Below are positions 52,101 through 60,632 of a stretch of DNA of 64,000 nucleotides, in pieces (position 1 is the stretch's first letter; every line of letters starts with the position of its first letter). The notes under the pieces are model-generated. The model made no database searches and was not told the origin of the DNA. It saw only the letters and a program-made list of their open reading frames with translations. The translations under genes and the position numbers were made by a program. The DNA is taken from contig OY781964.1 of assembly GCA_963677485.1 (NCBI GenBank), forward strand, positions 3,200,001-3,264,000, read 5' to 3'. Source of the stretch: Armatimonadota bacterium. Lineage in GTDB: Bacteria; Armatimonadota; HRBIN16.

Positions 52101-52629
52101 GCAGCAGCAGGTGGTACCCCCAGACCCGGGCTTCTGGAAAGGCCCCGATGACCTGAGTGCCACGGTGAGCTGGATGTATGATAATAATAACCTGTATATG
52201 GCATGCAGGGTCAAAGATGACATCCATAGGAACATCGAGCCGATGGCAAAAATCTGGGCCGGGGACAGCATGCAGATCGCCTTCGCGAACGCGCAGTTCC
52301 CCTATGGCTACACCGAACTGAGTGTGGGACTGTCCAGCATTGATGGCAGCGGCCAGTGGGTCGGTGTGGGAGCGGGTAACGGCAAGCCTCTGCCAGGCAT
52401 GAAGGTGGTCGTCAAACGGCTGGATGGCGTGACCAACTATGAAATGGCGATCCCGATGGCGTCGTTGAGCAGTCTGTCGATCGTACCGGGCTCATTGGTC
52501 CGCGTGGCGTTCATCGTCAACGATGTGGACCAAACCGCGCGCAAGTGGATCGGCTTCAAAGTGCCCGGGTTGATCGGTGCGGTCAAGGAGGGCAGCCAGA
52601 TGCCGGTGATGCTGTTGAAAGCGAAATAG
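49117..52629 (+). CDS. Large secreted multidomain clan GH-A glycoside hydrolase (GH39/GH5-like) with C-terminal CBM9/DOMON-like domain
   Basis: Signal peptide; YEIGNEPD acid/base, FHPY and IWLGEIG nucleophile motifs; PVIDGELGEW...YD..NLY....V.DD...W.GDS.Q (CBM9-like). Confidence 0.75.
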   Translation: MRKLPAILVILLAFMCINTAHAQQIIPLQAEGMPASWVFGNGGEFPGAKGGLKHDSRTVTLDYDFTGGGAYVCANYNGITPPQTESFSISVNPEQRCHMSYRTTDTNGRVFQGATSTLEANQPQTITMPCRGSWQSAWGGAKPTDQPEQPFQILWILAYNEPGMSKTGRVVLSELKAISTAVEPVEMLGAKRPTSPFGSAKLELLKDNWCVFPKERKLGRNRVLMGYNEPGEAENDARDLRIISPQGETITGMWGRIQVTGEPEYVTPTDFPIQSREQQEHLIWQWTQLDQRLGFQQMVHTDVSEGGVNSTIYVRFLKPHKGTIRMPFALPNGQVDMLAGAGSAQNPYTKVLFPSQVSRLDYQGVDGVISTHIVCANPSGVSLSIEPKLFSHVFRRELRMAVLELTPPTNGVFPAGYVNAVQLRVGYPAETPLPKQIAAPNWPDRIDVAFMERDNAKGWTLARVNQPRVYTPGEVKQLGVSLYQAGQNTRKLTLKAELRDYTNRLVWHSDDVLSLMARTPTQRVLKLPVKAKGIYSLSVKVLEAGSVHGERLCRIAVVPKPAVITAEKSYFGIDPVFYEGSDENIRFLRKIGVRWLRLGGGVWYPAEGDRAFLTKLRQYDIGSFLLINSPEEVRPASYNDLIDYYEIGNEPDAWITPEDYAGLAARVAEKIRQVNPKTKILACSVSGGDSDGGFAFTKRLLAAGGAKSCEIIPFHPYAGIRAFGPELEPVSPEDNSMYEKLMEASQLTKQQNLEIWLGEIGYLMVNGYRQPRASFHEYEKSFANTLTRLMLISRTSPGMKRVIWFHLCSDDTPLRLYPTYQSTYDNLGPNNNITPNLAAYANLASLTDGGQFVRKLKLTNPKLWGVQIRQGTRDVLALWSSKGQIKLNWPGKEDIHTVSMVGTDGLLKPQRGQMNLTLSEEPVYLLVPSSKAAGLVKSIESATLSVLKPVVAGMANAKSSANLKPDIIATRASKPPVIDGELGEWGNASSVVLDRQQQVVPPDPGFWKGPDDLSATVSWMYDNNNLYMACRVKDDIHRNIEPMAKIWAGDSMQIAFANAQFPYGYTELSVGLSSIDGSGQWVGVGAGNGKPLPGMKVVVKRLDGVTNYEMAIPMASLSSLSIVPGSLVRVAFIVNDVDQTARKWIGFKVPGLIGAVKEGSQMPVMLLKAK

Positions 52630-52733
52630 AATATTGGTGCGAAACCCGATGTGGCAGGGTGAATTTGCAGGGATTTTCGAACTGTGGCACTAACTATACT
52701 TCATGAACGCATTGCCATCACAGGAGGCAACGT

Positions 52734-54527
52734 ATGCCACACAAGCTGATGCTCGCAGCTGCATTTCTGGCGATTCTTTGGCAATCCTGCGCGTACGCGG
52801 CGGATACCGCAAAAACTGGAGGTAAACTCAAACCTATGCAAGGAAACTCAGTGATACAGGGCAACCCATGGCCCGCCATCGACGAACTCGGGCGCACTCT
52901 GCCGTTAAACGGTGAGGTGCCTGCACCGCGTGAAGGTAAATTCGTGGGCATCTTCTATTTCCTCGTCCATAGCGACACTAAGGAAGTGGGCAACCCCGAC
53001 GGTGGCCCCTACGATCTATCCAAAATCCTGGAGAAAGACCCGGATGCTCTGAAGCACCCCGATTCTCCATACTGGTCGCCCATCAGCGGAACCAGCTATT
53101 ACTGGGGTGAGCCGCTTTATGGTTACTATCTGAGCACAGATGAGTGGGTGATCCGCCGCCATGCCAAGCTGTTGGCTGAGGCCGGTGTGGATACGCTGAT
53201 TTTTGACACCACCAATGCGGTCACCTACAAAGATGTGTATATGACCATATGCAAGGTGTTTACGCAGATTCGAAAAGAAGGTGGGCAAACCCCGCAGCTT
53301 TGCTTCATGGTCAACACCGAGGCCGGTAAATCCGCGCTGGAAATCTACAACGATCTGTATAAGCCGGGCCTGTATAAACCGCTCTGGTTTATGTGGGAGG
53401 GCAAACCCCTAATCATCTGCGACCCCAAAGAGGCGCTGCCGGAATACAAAGAGTTCTTCACGCTGCGCCGGGCGCACTGGCCCTTCACCATGGAGAACAC
53501 CGAGAACGCCTGGCACTGGGAGGCCACCTACCCGCAGCCATATGGCTACACCACCGACCCCAAGGTGCCCGAGCAGGTCAACGTCTCTGTGGCAGCCAAT
53601 TTGAGCTCCGTAGATGGCTCCGTGACCAACATGAGCAGCGGAATCGCCCGCGGTCGCGGCTTCGCGAACGGCTATCTGGACCACTCCAAGGAGGCGATCG
53701 ACTCCGGTCTGAACTTCCAGGAGCAGTGGCAGCGTGCGTATGAACTTGACCCGCCGTTTGTGATGATCACCGGCTGGAACGAGTGGCAGGCTGGCCGATG
53801 GCACTGGGGCGAGGACTGGGTGTTTGTCGATCAATACAACCAGGAATATTCGCGTGACATCGAACCGGCGAAGGCCAGCCACGGCGACAACTTCTACAAC
53901 CAGATGGTGGCGGGCATCCGCAAGTATAAAGGCGCGCCGGCTCTGCCGAAGGCGTCTTCACCGATCACCATCGACATCGAAGGCGACTTCAGTCAGTGGT
54001 CGCGAGTTCAGCCTGAGTATAAGCAAACGGTGGGCGAAGCCAAGCCGCGCAAGTTCCTGGGCTCCAACGGCACCTCCTATGCCGACAGCTCATTGCGTAA
54101 CCAGTTTGCCAGCATGAAGGTGGCACGCGACGGTAATTACCTCTACTTCATGGCGGAGATGGCCGGTCTCTTGACGCCTCATGCCGCGGGCACATGGCTG
54201 CTGTTGGACACCAACCAGGCCAAAGGCAGCGGCTGGGAAAGCTACGACTACCTGGTTCGCAGCGATGCTTCCACCGGTGAGATGTGGCTGGAAAAGAGCA
54301 CTGGCGGATGGAACTGGCTGCGTGTGCACAAGCTGGATTTCACTGTGCAAGGTAATCGGCTGATGGTGGCTGTGCCGAAAGAGGCCCTTGGCTTGACCAC
54401 GAACAGCTTCACCGTGGACTTCAAGTGGGCTGACAACCTGCAGAAGCCCGGCGAGGTTCTGGACTTCTACGTCAGTGGTGACGTGGCCCCGATCGCCCGC
54501 TTCAACTACCGCTACAGCGCAAAATAA
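52734..54527 (+). CDS. Secreted putative glycoside hydrolase (GH99/GH71-like), second subgroup, paralog 1
   Basis: VGIFYF, YYWGEPLYGYY, HA.LL..AGVD, ITGWNEW, VDQYNQEYSRDIEP, DFKWADN. Confidence 0.75.
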   Translation: MPHKLMLAAAFLAILWQSCAYAADTAKTGGKLKPMQGNSVIQGNPWPAIDELGRTLPLNGEVPAPREGKFVGIFYFLVHSDTKEVGNPDGGPYDLSKILEKDPDALKHPDSPYWSPISGTSYYWGEPLYGYYLSTDEWVIRRHAKLLAEAGVDTLIFDTTNAVTYKDVYMTICKVFTQIRKEGGQTPQLCFMVNTEAGKSALEIYNDLYKPGLYKPLWFMWEGKPLIICDPKEALPEYKEFFTLRRAHWPFTMENTENAWHWEATYPQPYGYTTDPKVPEQVNVSVAANLSSVDGSVTNMSSGIARGRGFANGYLDHSKEAIDSGLNFQEQWQRAYELDPPFVMITGWNEWQAGRWHWGEDWVFVDQYNQEYSRDIEPAKASHGDNFYNQMVAGIRKYKGAPALPKASSPITIDIEGDFSQWSRVQPEYKQTVGEAKPRKFLGSNGTSYADSSLRNQFASMKVARDGNYLYFMAEMAGLLTPHAAGTWLLLDTNQAKGSGWESYDYLVRSDASTGEMWLEKSTGGWNWLRVHKLDFTVQGNRLMVAVPKEALGLTTNSFTVDFKWADNLQKPGEVLDFYVSGDVAPIARFNYRYSAK

Positions 54528-54668
54528 CCGTGATCTGCGGGCGTCCATCTGAACGGATGGACGCCCGCAAGGCATATGGTTCGTAGCCCACGATGCCAAT
54601 CTCGGGTTATTGGTAGGGCTGAAAGCCTCAGGCCATTGACCAATAGTGTAGTACCCATGGTAGATATC

Positions 54669-54890
54669 GTCCGGGCACCCACGAAGTGGGTAGCAACTCT
54701 TATAGCCAGGGGTGAGCGAAGCGATACCCCTGGTAAGTCGGACACCATTCCTACCCCGAAGTGGGTCGCACTCCATTGGATCCACAGAAGACCCCTGTTC
54801 GGGGTAGATATATCGGGGCTGCCCTCCACGGGTTTCGCTGGCGCTCACCCGTGGCTATAAGAATCTTGCCCACTTCGTGGGTGTCCGGAC
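54669..54890. repeat. Family C palindromic element
   Basis: gtccgggcacccacgaagtggg ... cccacttcgtgggtgtccggac; homologous to 30281-30510. Confidence 0.8.
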
Positions 54891-55084
54891 TAGCAGATGT
54901 ACATAACTTGGTCTGTCTATACCATCACCTGTAACTAAACCCAATAAACGACTGGAGCTTTCAACCCGCGGCAGGCTTGCGATCGTTAATAATGACATCT
55001 GGTCTCCTCCCCAGCCAGAAGGTATCGGCAGCCTTCACGGCTAAACCTAATCTGACACAGCACAGCCACCAGAGGTGATGACCA

Positions 55085-56881
55085 ATGAACGCGACGCACC
55101 TGTTTCTGGCCGCAGCGGCAGCCCTGCTCATGCAGTCATGCAGCGTAGCCCAAAGTAATACCACAACATCCGGAGGCAAAACACCCAAAATGTATGGCAA
55201 ATCCGTGAACACCGGTAATCCCTGGCCGGCCATCGATGAGCTCGGCAGGAAGCTGCCCCTCGAAGGGGAGGTGCCCGCACCGCGTGAAGGCAAATTCGTC
55301 GGCATCTTCTATTTCCTTTGGCACAACGACACCAGTGATGTGGGCAACCCGGACGGCGGTCCTTACGACCTCACCAAGATAATAGCCAAAGATCCCAACG
55401 TTCTGAATAACCCCAACTCACCATACTGGTCACCGATAAATGGGCAGAGTTACTACTGGGGCGAACCGCTTTACGGCTACTATCTCAGCACGGACGAGTG
55501 GGTGATCCGCCGTCATGCGAAACTGCTGTCTGAGGCCGGTGTGGACACGTTGATTTTCGACACCACGAACTCAGGCACATACAAAGATGTGTATATGACG
55601 CTCTGCAAGGTGTTCACTCAGATACGTAAAGAGGGTGGGCATACCCCGCAGATTTGCTTCATGGTCAACACCGGAGCAGGTGAGAGAGCGATGCAGATTT
55701 ACAACGACCTGTATAAGCCTGGCCTCTACAAACCGCTCTGGTTCATGTGGGATGGCAAGCCGCTGATGATCTGCGACCCCAAGCTCGCGATGGCGGAATA
55801 CAAAGACTTCTTCACCCTGCGCCGGGCCCACTGGCCGGTGGTGATGGAGAACACCGAGAACGCATGGCACTGGGAGGCCACCTACCCGCAGCCTTACGGC
55901 TACACCACCGACCCCAAAGTGCCAGAGCAGGTGAACGTGGCCGTGGCACAGAATCTGAGTGCCATCGACGGCAAGGTTGCCGATATGAGCAGCGGTCACG
56001 CCCGCGGGCGCGGTTTCGCCAACAAGGTCGCCGATCATTCGCAAATAGCCATCGATTCTGGGGCGAATTTCAATGAGCAGTGGCAGCGCGCCTACGAACT
56101 GGACCCGCCGTTTGTGATGATCACCGGCTGGAACGAGTGGTGGGCTGGCAGATGGCAGCGCGGCAAGAACTGGGTGTTTGTGGACCAGTATAACCAGGAG
56201 TATTCGCGGGATATCGAGCCGGCGAAAGCCAGCCACGGCGATAACTTCTACAACCAGATGGTGGCCGGGATCCGCAAATACAAGGGTGCCGCGCCGATTC
56301 CCGAGGCGTCTGGTGCGAAGAGCATCAAGATCGAGGGCGGTTTCGATCAGTGGGATGGCGTCAAACCGGAATACAAGGTTCCTGTGGGTGTGAGTTCGCC
56401 CCGCGAATACGCTGGTCAGAACGGCACGCATTACACCAACGCCACCCAGCGTAACCAGTTCGCCACGATGAAGGTGGCGCGTGACAGTAGGAACCTCTAT
56501 TTCATGGCGGAAACCACCCGGATCATGGCCCCGCACGCAGCCGGCACCTGGCTGTTACTGGATGTGAACCAGACCAAGGGCAGCGGCTGGGAGGGCTACG
56601 ACTACATGGTGCGCAGCGATGCCGCCACAGGCGAAATGTGGCTGGAGAAGAGCACCGGCGGCTGGAACTGGCAGCGCGTGCAGAAGCTGGAATACAGCCT
56701 GCAGGGCACGCGGCTGATGTTTGCGGTGCCCAAGCAGGCACTGGGTCTGACCGCCAGCGGCTACACCGTGGACTTCAAGTGGGCCGATAACCTGCAGAAG
56801 CCCGGTGAGATCATGGACTTCTACGTCAGCGGCGATGTGGCCCCGATCGCGCGGTTCAACTACCGCTACAGCGTCAAGTAG
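55085..56881 (+). CDS. Secreted putative glycoside hydrolase (GH99/GH71-like), second subgroup, paralog 2
   Basis: Closely collinear with 52734-54527; possible lipoprotein signal (MQSC). Confidence 0.75.
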   Translation: MNATHLFLAAAAALLMQSCSVAQSNTTTSGGKTPKMYGKSVNTGNPWPAIDELGRKLPLEGEVPAPREGKFVGIFYFLWHNDTSDVGNPDGGPYDLTKIIAKDPNVLNNPNSPYWSPINGQSYYWGEPLYGYYLSTDEWVIRRHAKLLSEAGVDTLIFDTTNSGTYKDVYMTLCKVFTQIRKEGGHTPQICFMVNTGAGERAMQIYNDLYKPGLYKPLWFMWDGKPLMICDPKLAMAEYKDFFTLRRAHWPVVMENTENAWHWEATYPQPYGYTTDPKVPEQVNVAVAQNLSAIDGKVADMSSGHARGRGFANKVADHSQIAIDSGANFNEQWQRAYELDPPFVMITGWNEWWAGRWQRGKNWVFVDQYNQEYSRDIEPAKASHGDNFYNQMVAGIRKYKGAAPIPEASGAKSIKIEGGFDQWDGVKPEYKVPVGVSSPREYAGQNGTHYTNATQRNQFATMKVARDSRNLYFMAETTRIMAPHAAGTWLLLDVNQTKGSGWEGYDYMVRSDAATGEMWLEKSTGGWNWQRVQKLEYSLQGTRLMFAVPKQALGLTASGYTVDFKWADNLQKPGEIMDFYVSGDVAPIARFNYRYSVK

Positions 56882-56888
56882 TTCCATC

Positions 56889-56914
56889 CCAAGGGGCGGG
56901 TCACCGCCCCTTGG
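56889..56914 (+). terminator. Hairpin/terminator
   Basis: ccaaggggcgg-gtca-ccgccccttgg after the stop codon. Confidence 0.55.
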
Positions 56915-57086
56915 TGGGTGGGGAGGGGGGGAGGGGAAGATTGCCATCGATGAAATAACAGACCGGAAACCCCGACATTCGGGGCAAGGGACACAGATTG
57001 TTTTATAATCTAAGCAGGTACGAGCAGAAGGATTGCTTTAAGCCTTCATGCTGCGGGTATGAGGTCTACCGGTAAGGGAGTAAGTC

Positions 57087-58430
57087 ATGAAAATCACTCG
57101 GGTCAATGTGGGAAATATTCGAGGCATCTCAGACCTAACCATCGACATGGGATACCCTTTAACGGTGATAGCCGGTGTGAATGGTGCTGGGAAAAGCACG
57201 GTAGTAGACTCCATTGCGGTGATGCTATCTTGGTTTACTGCGCGGATTGGCAGCACAAAGTCGAGAGGACGCGAACTTCGCAAGGACACCGATATCAGTA
57301 ATAACGCCATATTTGGCGGGATTAGGTTAACTCTTCAAGTTGCCAATGGTGGTATAGATACAGCAATCACCATCAAACAAATCGTGCTTAAGAGAGGCAC
57401 GAGGTTGGAGGGCGATCGCAAGCCGGAAGATTTTGATTACTCAGATTATAAACCCATGATGCCGTACGTCAATTCCATCCAGGATGCGATCACAGCGACC
57501 AACTACCAATGCTCGGTTCCTGTTCTAGTCTACTACCCGGTTAATCGGGCAGTGCTAGATATCCCGTTGAGGATAAGGGAACGACACCAAGATGATCTGC
57601 TCAGTGTATATGACGAGGCACTCACCAGCGGAGCGAATTTCCGACGTTTTTTTGAATGGTTTCGTAATCGCGAAGATATTGAGAATGAGAACTACCGGCT
57701 TTACGGGCCGGAGGTGAATCACAGCGATACCGATTTCCCAGATCGGCAGCTTCAAGCTGTTCGACAAACGCTTGCCAAGATACTGCCGGACTATTCGGGT
57801 CTTGAGGTTCGACGAAATCCACTCCGGATGGTTGTGAAAAAACTAGGTGTAGAACTTCAAATCAACCAACTATCGGATGGGGAAAAGTGCCTGATCGCGA
57901 TGATAGGCGATTTGGCCAGACGCCTAGCCATCGCCAACCCTACGCTAGTTGACCCCCTCGCCGGCGAAGGTATTGTGTTGATCGATGAAATCGACCTTCA
58001 CCTCCATCCCGACTGGGAACGCCGCATTCCGTCGCTATTAACGGAGACTTTCCCAAATTGTCAGTTTATAGTCACCACTCACAGTCCGCAGGTTCTTGGC
58101 GAGATTGATCCGCAGAATATCCGGTTGATGTCTAGGGATGATAAGGGCAACATTATCTGCACCATCCCCGAGCAGAGTTTCGGATTAAGCACTAACCAGA
58201 TCATTGACGAGTTGATGATGCCTGATACATTTAAGGGCACGATTCTTTCCCGCAACCCGGAAGTTGAAGCCAAGCTGAATGAAATGGCTGAGCTGGTCGA
58301 TCAGGAACGCTATGACGAAGCACGCAAAACCATCGCTGACTTAAAGATGATGGTGCATGGCTCACTTCCCGATATTGTGAGTGCAGAGACAATGATGGAA
58401 CTGATGGAGCCGGGGCATGATTCCAATTGA
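57087..58430 (+). CDS. ptuA: ABC/AAA-type ATPase, PtuA-like (Septu / retron I-A effector type)
   Basis: Walker A GVNGAGKST, LSDGEK signature, Walker B VLIDEIDLHLHP, TTHSPQ; overlaps the HNH gene. Confidence 0.75.
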   Translation: MKITRVNVGNIRGISDLTIDMGYPLTVIAGVNGAGKSTVVDSIAVMLSWFTARIGSTKSRGRELRKDTDISNNAIFGGIRLTLQVANGGIDTAITIKQIVLKRGTRLEGDRKPEDFDYSDYKPMMPYVNSIQDAITATNYQCSVPVLVYYPVNRAVLDIPLRIRERHQDDLLSVYDEALTSGANFRRFFEWFRNREDIENENYRLYGPEVNHSDTDFPDRQLQAVRQTLAKILPDYSGLEVRRNPLRMVVKKLGVELQINQLSDGEKCLIAMIGDLARRLAIANPTLVDPLAGEGIVLIDEIDLHLHPDWERRIPSLLTETFPNCQFIVTTHSPQVLGEIDPQNIRLMSRDDKGNIICTIPEQSFGLSTNQIIDELMMPDTFKGTILSRNPEVEAKLNEMAELVDQERYDEARKTIADLKMMVHGSLPDIVSAETMMELMEPGHDSN

Positions 58431-59055
58431 TAAACAGACGGAGCCACACGAGCTGACTGAATACCGGCTATCTGGTGGGACCTATGATGATCTCGATGCT
58501 GCCACAAAATCAGCGGTTCGAGACCGATTGCTATCTGAGCAGGGCTTCTTGTGCGCCTATTGTATGGGGCGTATCACGAAAGACAAGATGAAGATCGAGC
58601 ACTGGCACTGCCAAAGCACCTATCCGGGTGAGCAGTTGAGCTATGGCAACTTGCTCGGTTGTTGTATGGGAGGTGAGGGTTGCAGTAGAAGTGGGCAGCA
58701 TTGTGATACGCATAAAGCAGATACCGAGCTTACATACAACCCCGCCCGAGCTCAAGACCACCCCCATCTTGGGATCCGTTATACCACCCGAGGGATGATA
58801 TCTGCTGACAATACTCAGTTTAATGCCCAGATCAACGATGTACTGAATTTAAACTACGTACGCCTAACCGAAAATCGGAAGGCTGTGATAAGAGATACGC
58901 AAAAGTTGCTTGGTATGAAGGCCGGTAGAGTTTCCAAGGCTGAACTAACAAGACTACTGGACCGCTGTATGACTCGAGACAGCAATGAGCAGTTAGTTGA
59001 ATACTGTGGAGTGGTGCAGTATTACCTGAAGAAACGCCTCAAAGCTTTGGCGTAG
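58417..59055 (+). CDS. ptuB: HNH endonuclease, PtuB-like
   Basis: LL.EQG.LCAYC, IEHW..Q, LSYGNLLGCC, HCD..K, LNLN. Confidence 0.75.
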   Translation: MIPIDKQTEPHELTEYRLSGGTYDDLDAATKSAVRDRLLSEQGFLCAYCMGRITKDKMKIEHWHCQSTYPGEQLSYGNLLGCCMGGEGCSRSGQHCDTHKADTELTYNPARAQDHPHLGIRYTTRGMISADNTQFNAQINDVLNLNYVRLTENRKAVIRDTQKLLGMKAGRVSKAELTRLLDRCMTRDSNEQLVEYCGVVQYYLKKRLKALA

Positions 59056-59064
59056 TTGTATGTA

Positions 59065-59156
59065 GACCCCCGGGGTATACTCTGTGGCCCATTACCACGG
59101 GTATCGCTTCGCTGACCCGTGGCTATAAGAATCATACCCACTTCGTGGGTGCCGGG
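59065..59156. repeat. Family C element, right half only
   Basis: ccacgggtatcgcttcgctgacccgtggctataagaatcatacccacttcgtgggtgccggg. Confidence 0.7.
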
Positions 59157-59303
59157 CTAGATCCTGGCTCCTAACCATTTTACTGTCGTTAGTAGCATCG
59201 CGTGAGGTGGCTGCCAAGGTAGCTAAGACCGGTCTGACGAGTAGGACGAGTTGGACAGCCTCCCCTCTTCGCGCCTTCGCGTCTTCGCGTGAGAATCCTT
59301 AAC

Positions 59304-59690
59304 CTACCCCCGCAAAGCACACCGTGCGGCGTGCTGGCAAGCCTCGCTGCGGTTCTCATCACCCGCCAGCTTGTAATACCGTGCGGCCAGGCTGTAGCGC
59401 TCGGCGCGGTGATAAGCCCAGAACTCCGCCTCTGCACTGGCTTCCATGCACTTCGCCGCGGCCAGCATATCGCCTTGTGCCACGTGGTGCTCCGCCATGC
59501 AGCGGTTGGCCTCAGCCGGTTCGGCCGCCATCTGCCAGGCCTCTGCGGCTTTGAGGGGCTCTGCATTGCGTTCGAAGCAGCTCGCGGCCTGCGCATGGGC
59601 TCCGGCTGCGGAGTAGTGCAGAGCGGCTGTGGCGAAGTCGCCTTGTTGCTCTGCCTGCCTGGCGAGTGCCATTAGTTCGGTGTGTGACAT
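59304..59690 (-). CDS. Small TPR-like helical-repeat hypothetical protein
   Basis: Ala-rich repeats AA..Y..AG, AA.CF, AA..W and AARYYKLAG. Confidence 0.6.
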   Translation of the reverse strand: MSHTELMALARQAEQQGDFATAALHYSAAGAHAQAASCFERNAEPLKAAEAWQMAAEPAEANRCMAEHHVAQGDMLAAAKCMEASAEAEFWAYHRAERYSLAARYYKLAGDENRSEACQHAARCALRG

Positions 59691-59889
59691 GTTTTTACCG
59701 TTCTCTCAGCAGGCCGATACAAGGTATAACGTCATGATTGGCAACATAATCTCGATATCAACCTCCAGAATGGCGTATGAACACATTTTACCGGATGTGC
59801 AAGTAACGATGCTTGTGTATAATAGAATTGGTATGGCTATTAATAGCCAGGAACAGCTTTATTTCATGAATACTGGATAATATACAGAT

Positions 59890-60570
59890 TTGCATCCCGA
59901 TACGCCCACCGTTCGTTGCGCGCTATTCGATATCGACGGCACTCTGGTAGATACCGTTGAGGCCATAGTACGCGCACTGCACGATACCTTCAGCAAACAC
60001 CTCCAACTCGACATCTCTCGCGACGTCATACGGCACTCCATTGGCCTCCCACTCAAAACTCAAATGCGGATGTTTGATACTGATGTGTCATTCTCACCCG
60101 ACCACAAGGCCATGGAAGACGATACCGTAATTGCGTATGACCGCTACCGCCATTTGGAGACTCTGTTTACCGAAGCTGTACAAACACTTGATGTCGCCAA
60201 ACAAGCTGGCATCAGTGTGGGGCTAGTGACATCGAAGAACGCTCAAGAGTGTGCTGAATTTCTGCCGCGTATGCATGTGGCGGATAATGCAGACACCGTT
60301 GTATGCTCCTCAGACACAAAGAACCCAAAACCTCATCCAGACCCAGTTCTGGAAGCTATGAAACGGCTGAATGCATCGCCAGATGAGACCATCTACATAG
60401 GTGATGCCACGTACGATATCGAAGCCGGACATCGAGCAGGAGTGAAGGTTGCTGCGGTATGCTGGGGTGCTCACACCCAGGAGATGTTAGAAGCGAAGAA
60501 CCCAGAGTGGTTGTTCAAATCTCCTAATGAGCTGTTATGTTTCTTTGAAAAGCTAGCTGAATCGCGCTAA
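59890..60570 (+). CDS. HAD-superfamily hydrolase (PpaX/phosphoglycolate phosphatase-like)
   Basis: FDIDGTLVDT, VTSK, KPHPDP, YIGDATYDI.AG..AG. Confidence 0.9.
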   Translation: MHPDTPTVRCALFDIDGTLVDTVEAIVRALHDTFSKHLQLDISRDVIRHSIGLPLKTQMRMFDTDVSFSPDHKAMEDDTVIAYDRYRHLETLFTEAVQTLDVAKQAGISVGLVTSKNAQECAEFLPRMHVADNADTVVCSSDTKNPKPHPDPVLEAMKRLNASPDETIYIGDATYDIEAGHRAGVKVAAVCWGAHTQEMLEAKNPEWLFKSPNELLCFFEKLAESR

Positions 60571-60632
60571 TCCGTGGGCATCGGGCCATCCTGCGGCATG
60601 TGCCGCGCCTATACTAAGGAGACATTGCGCCG

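Noticed and set aside
56915-59055. Complete retron (Ec78-like)
   Set aside because: No reverse transcriptase ORF and no recognisable msr/msd next to the ATPase-HNH pair.
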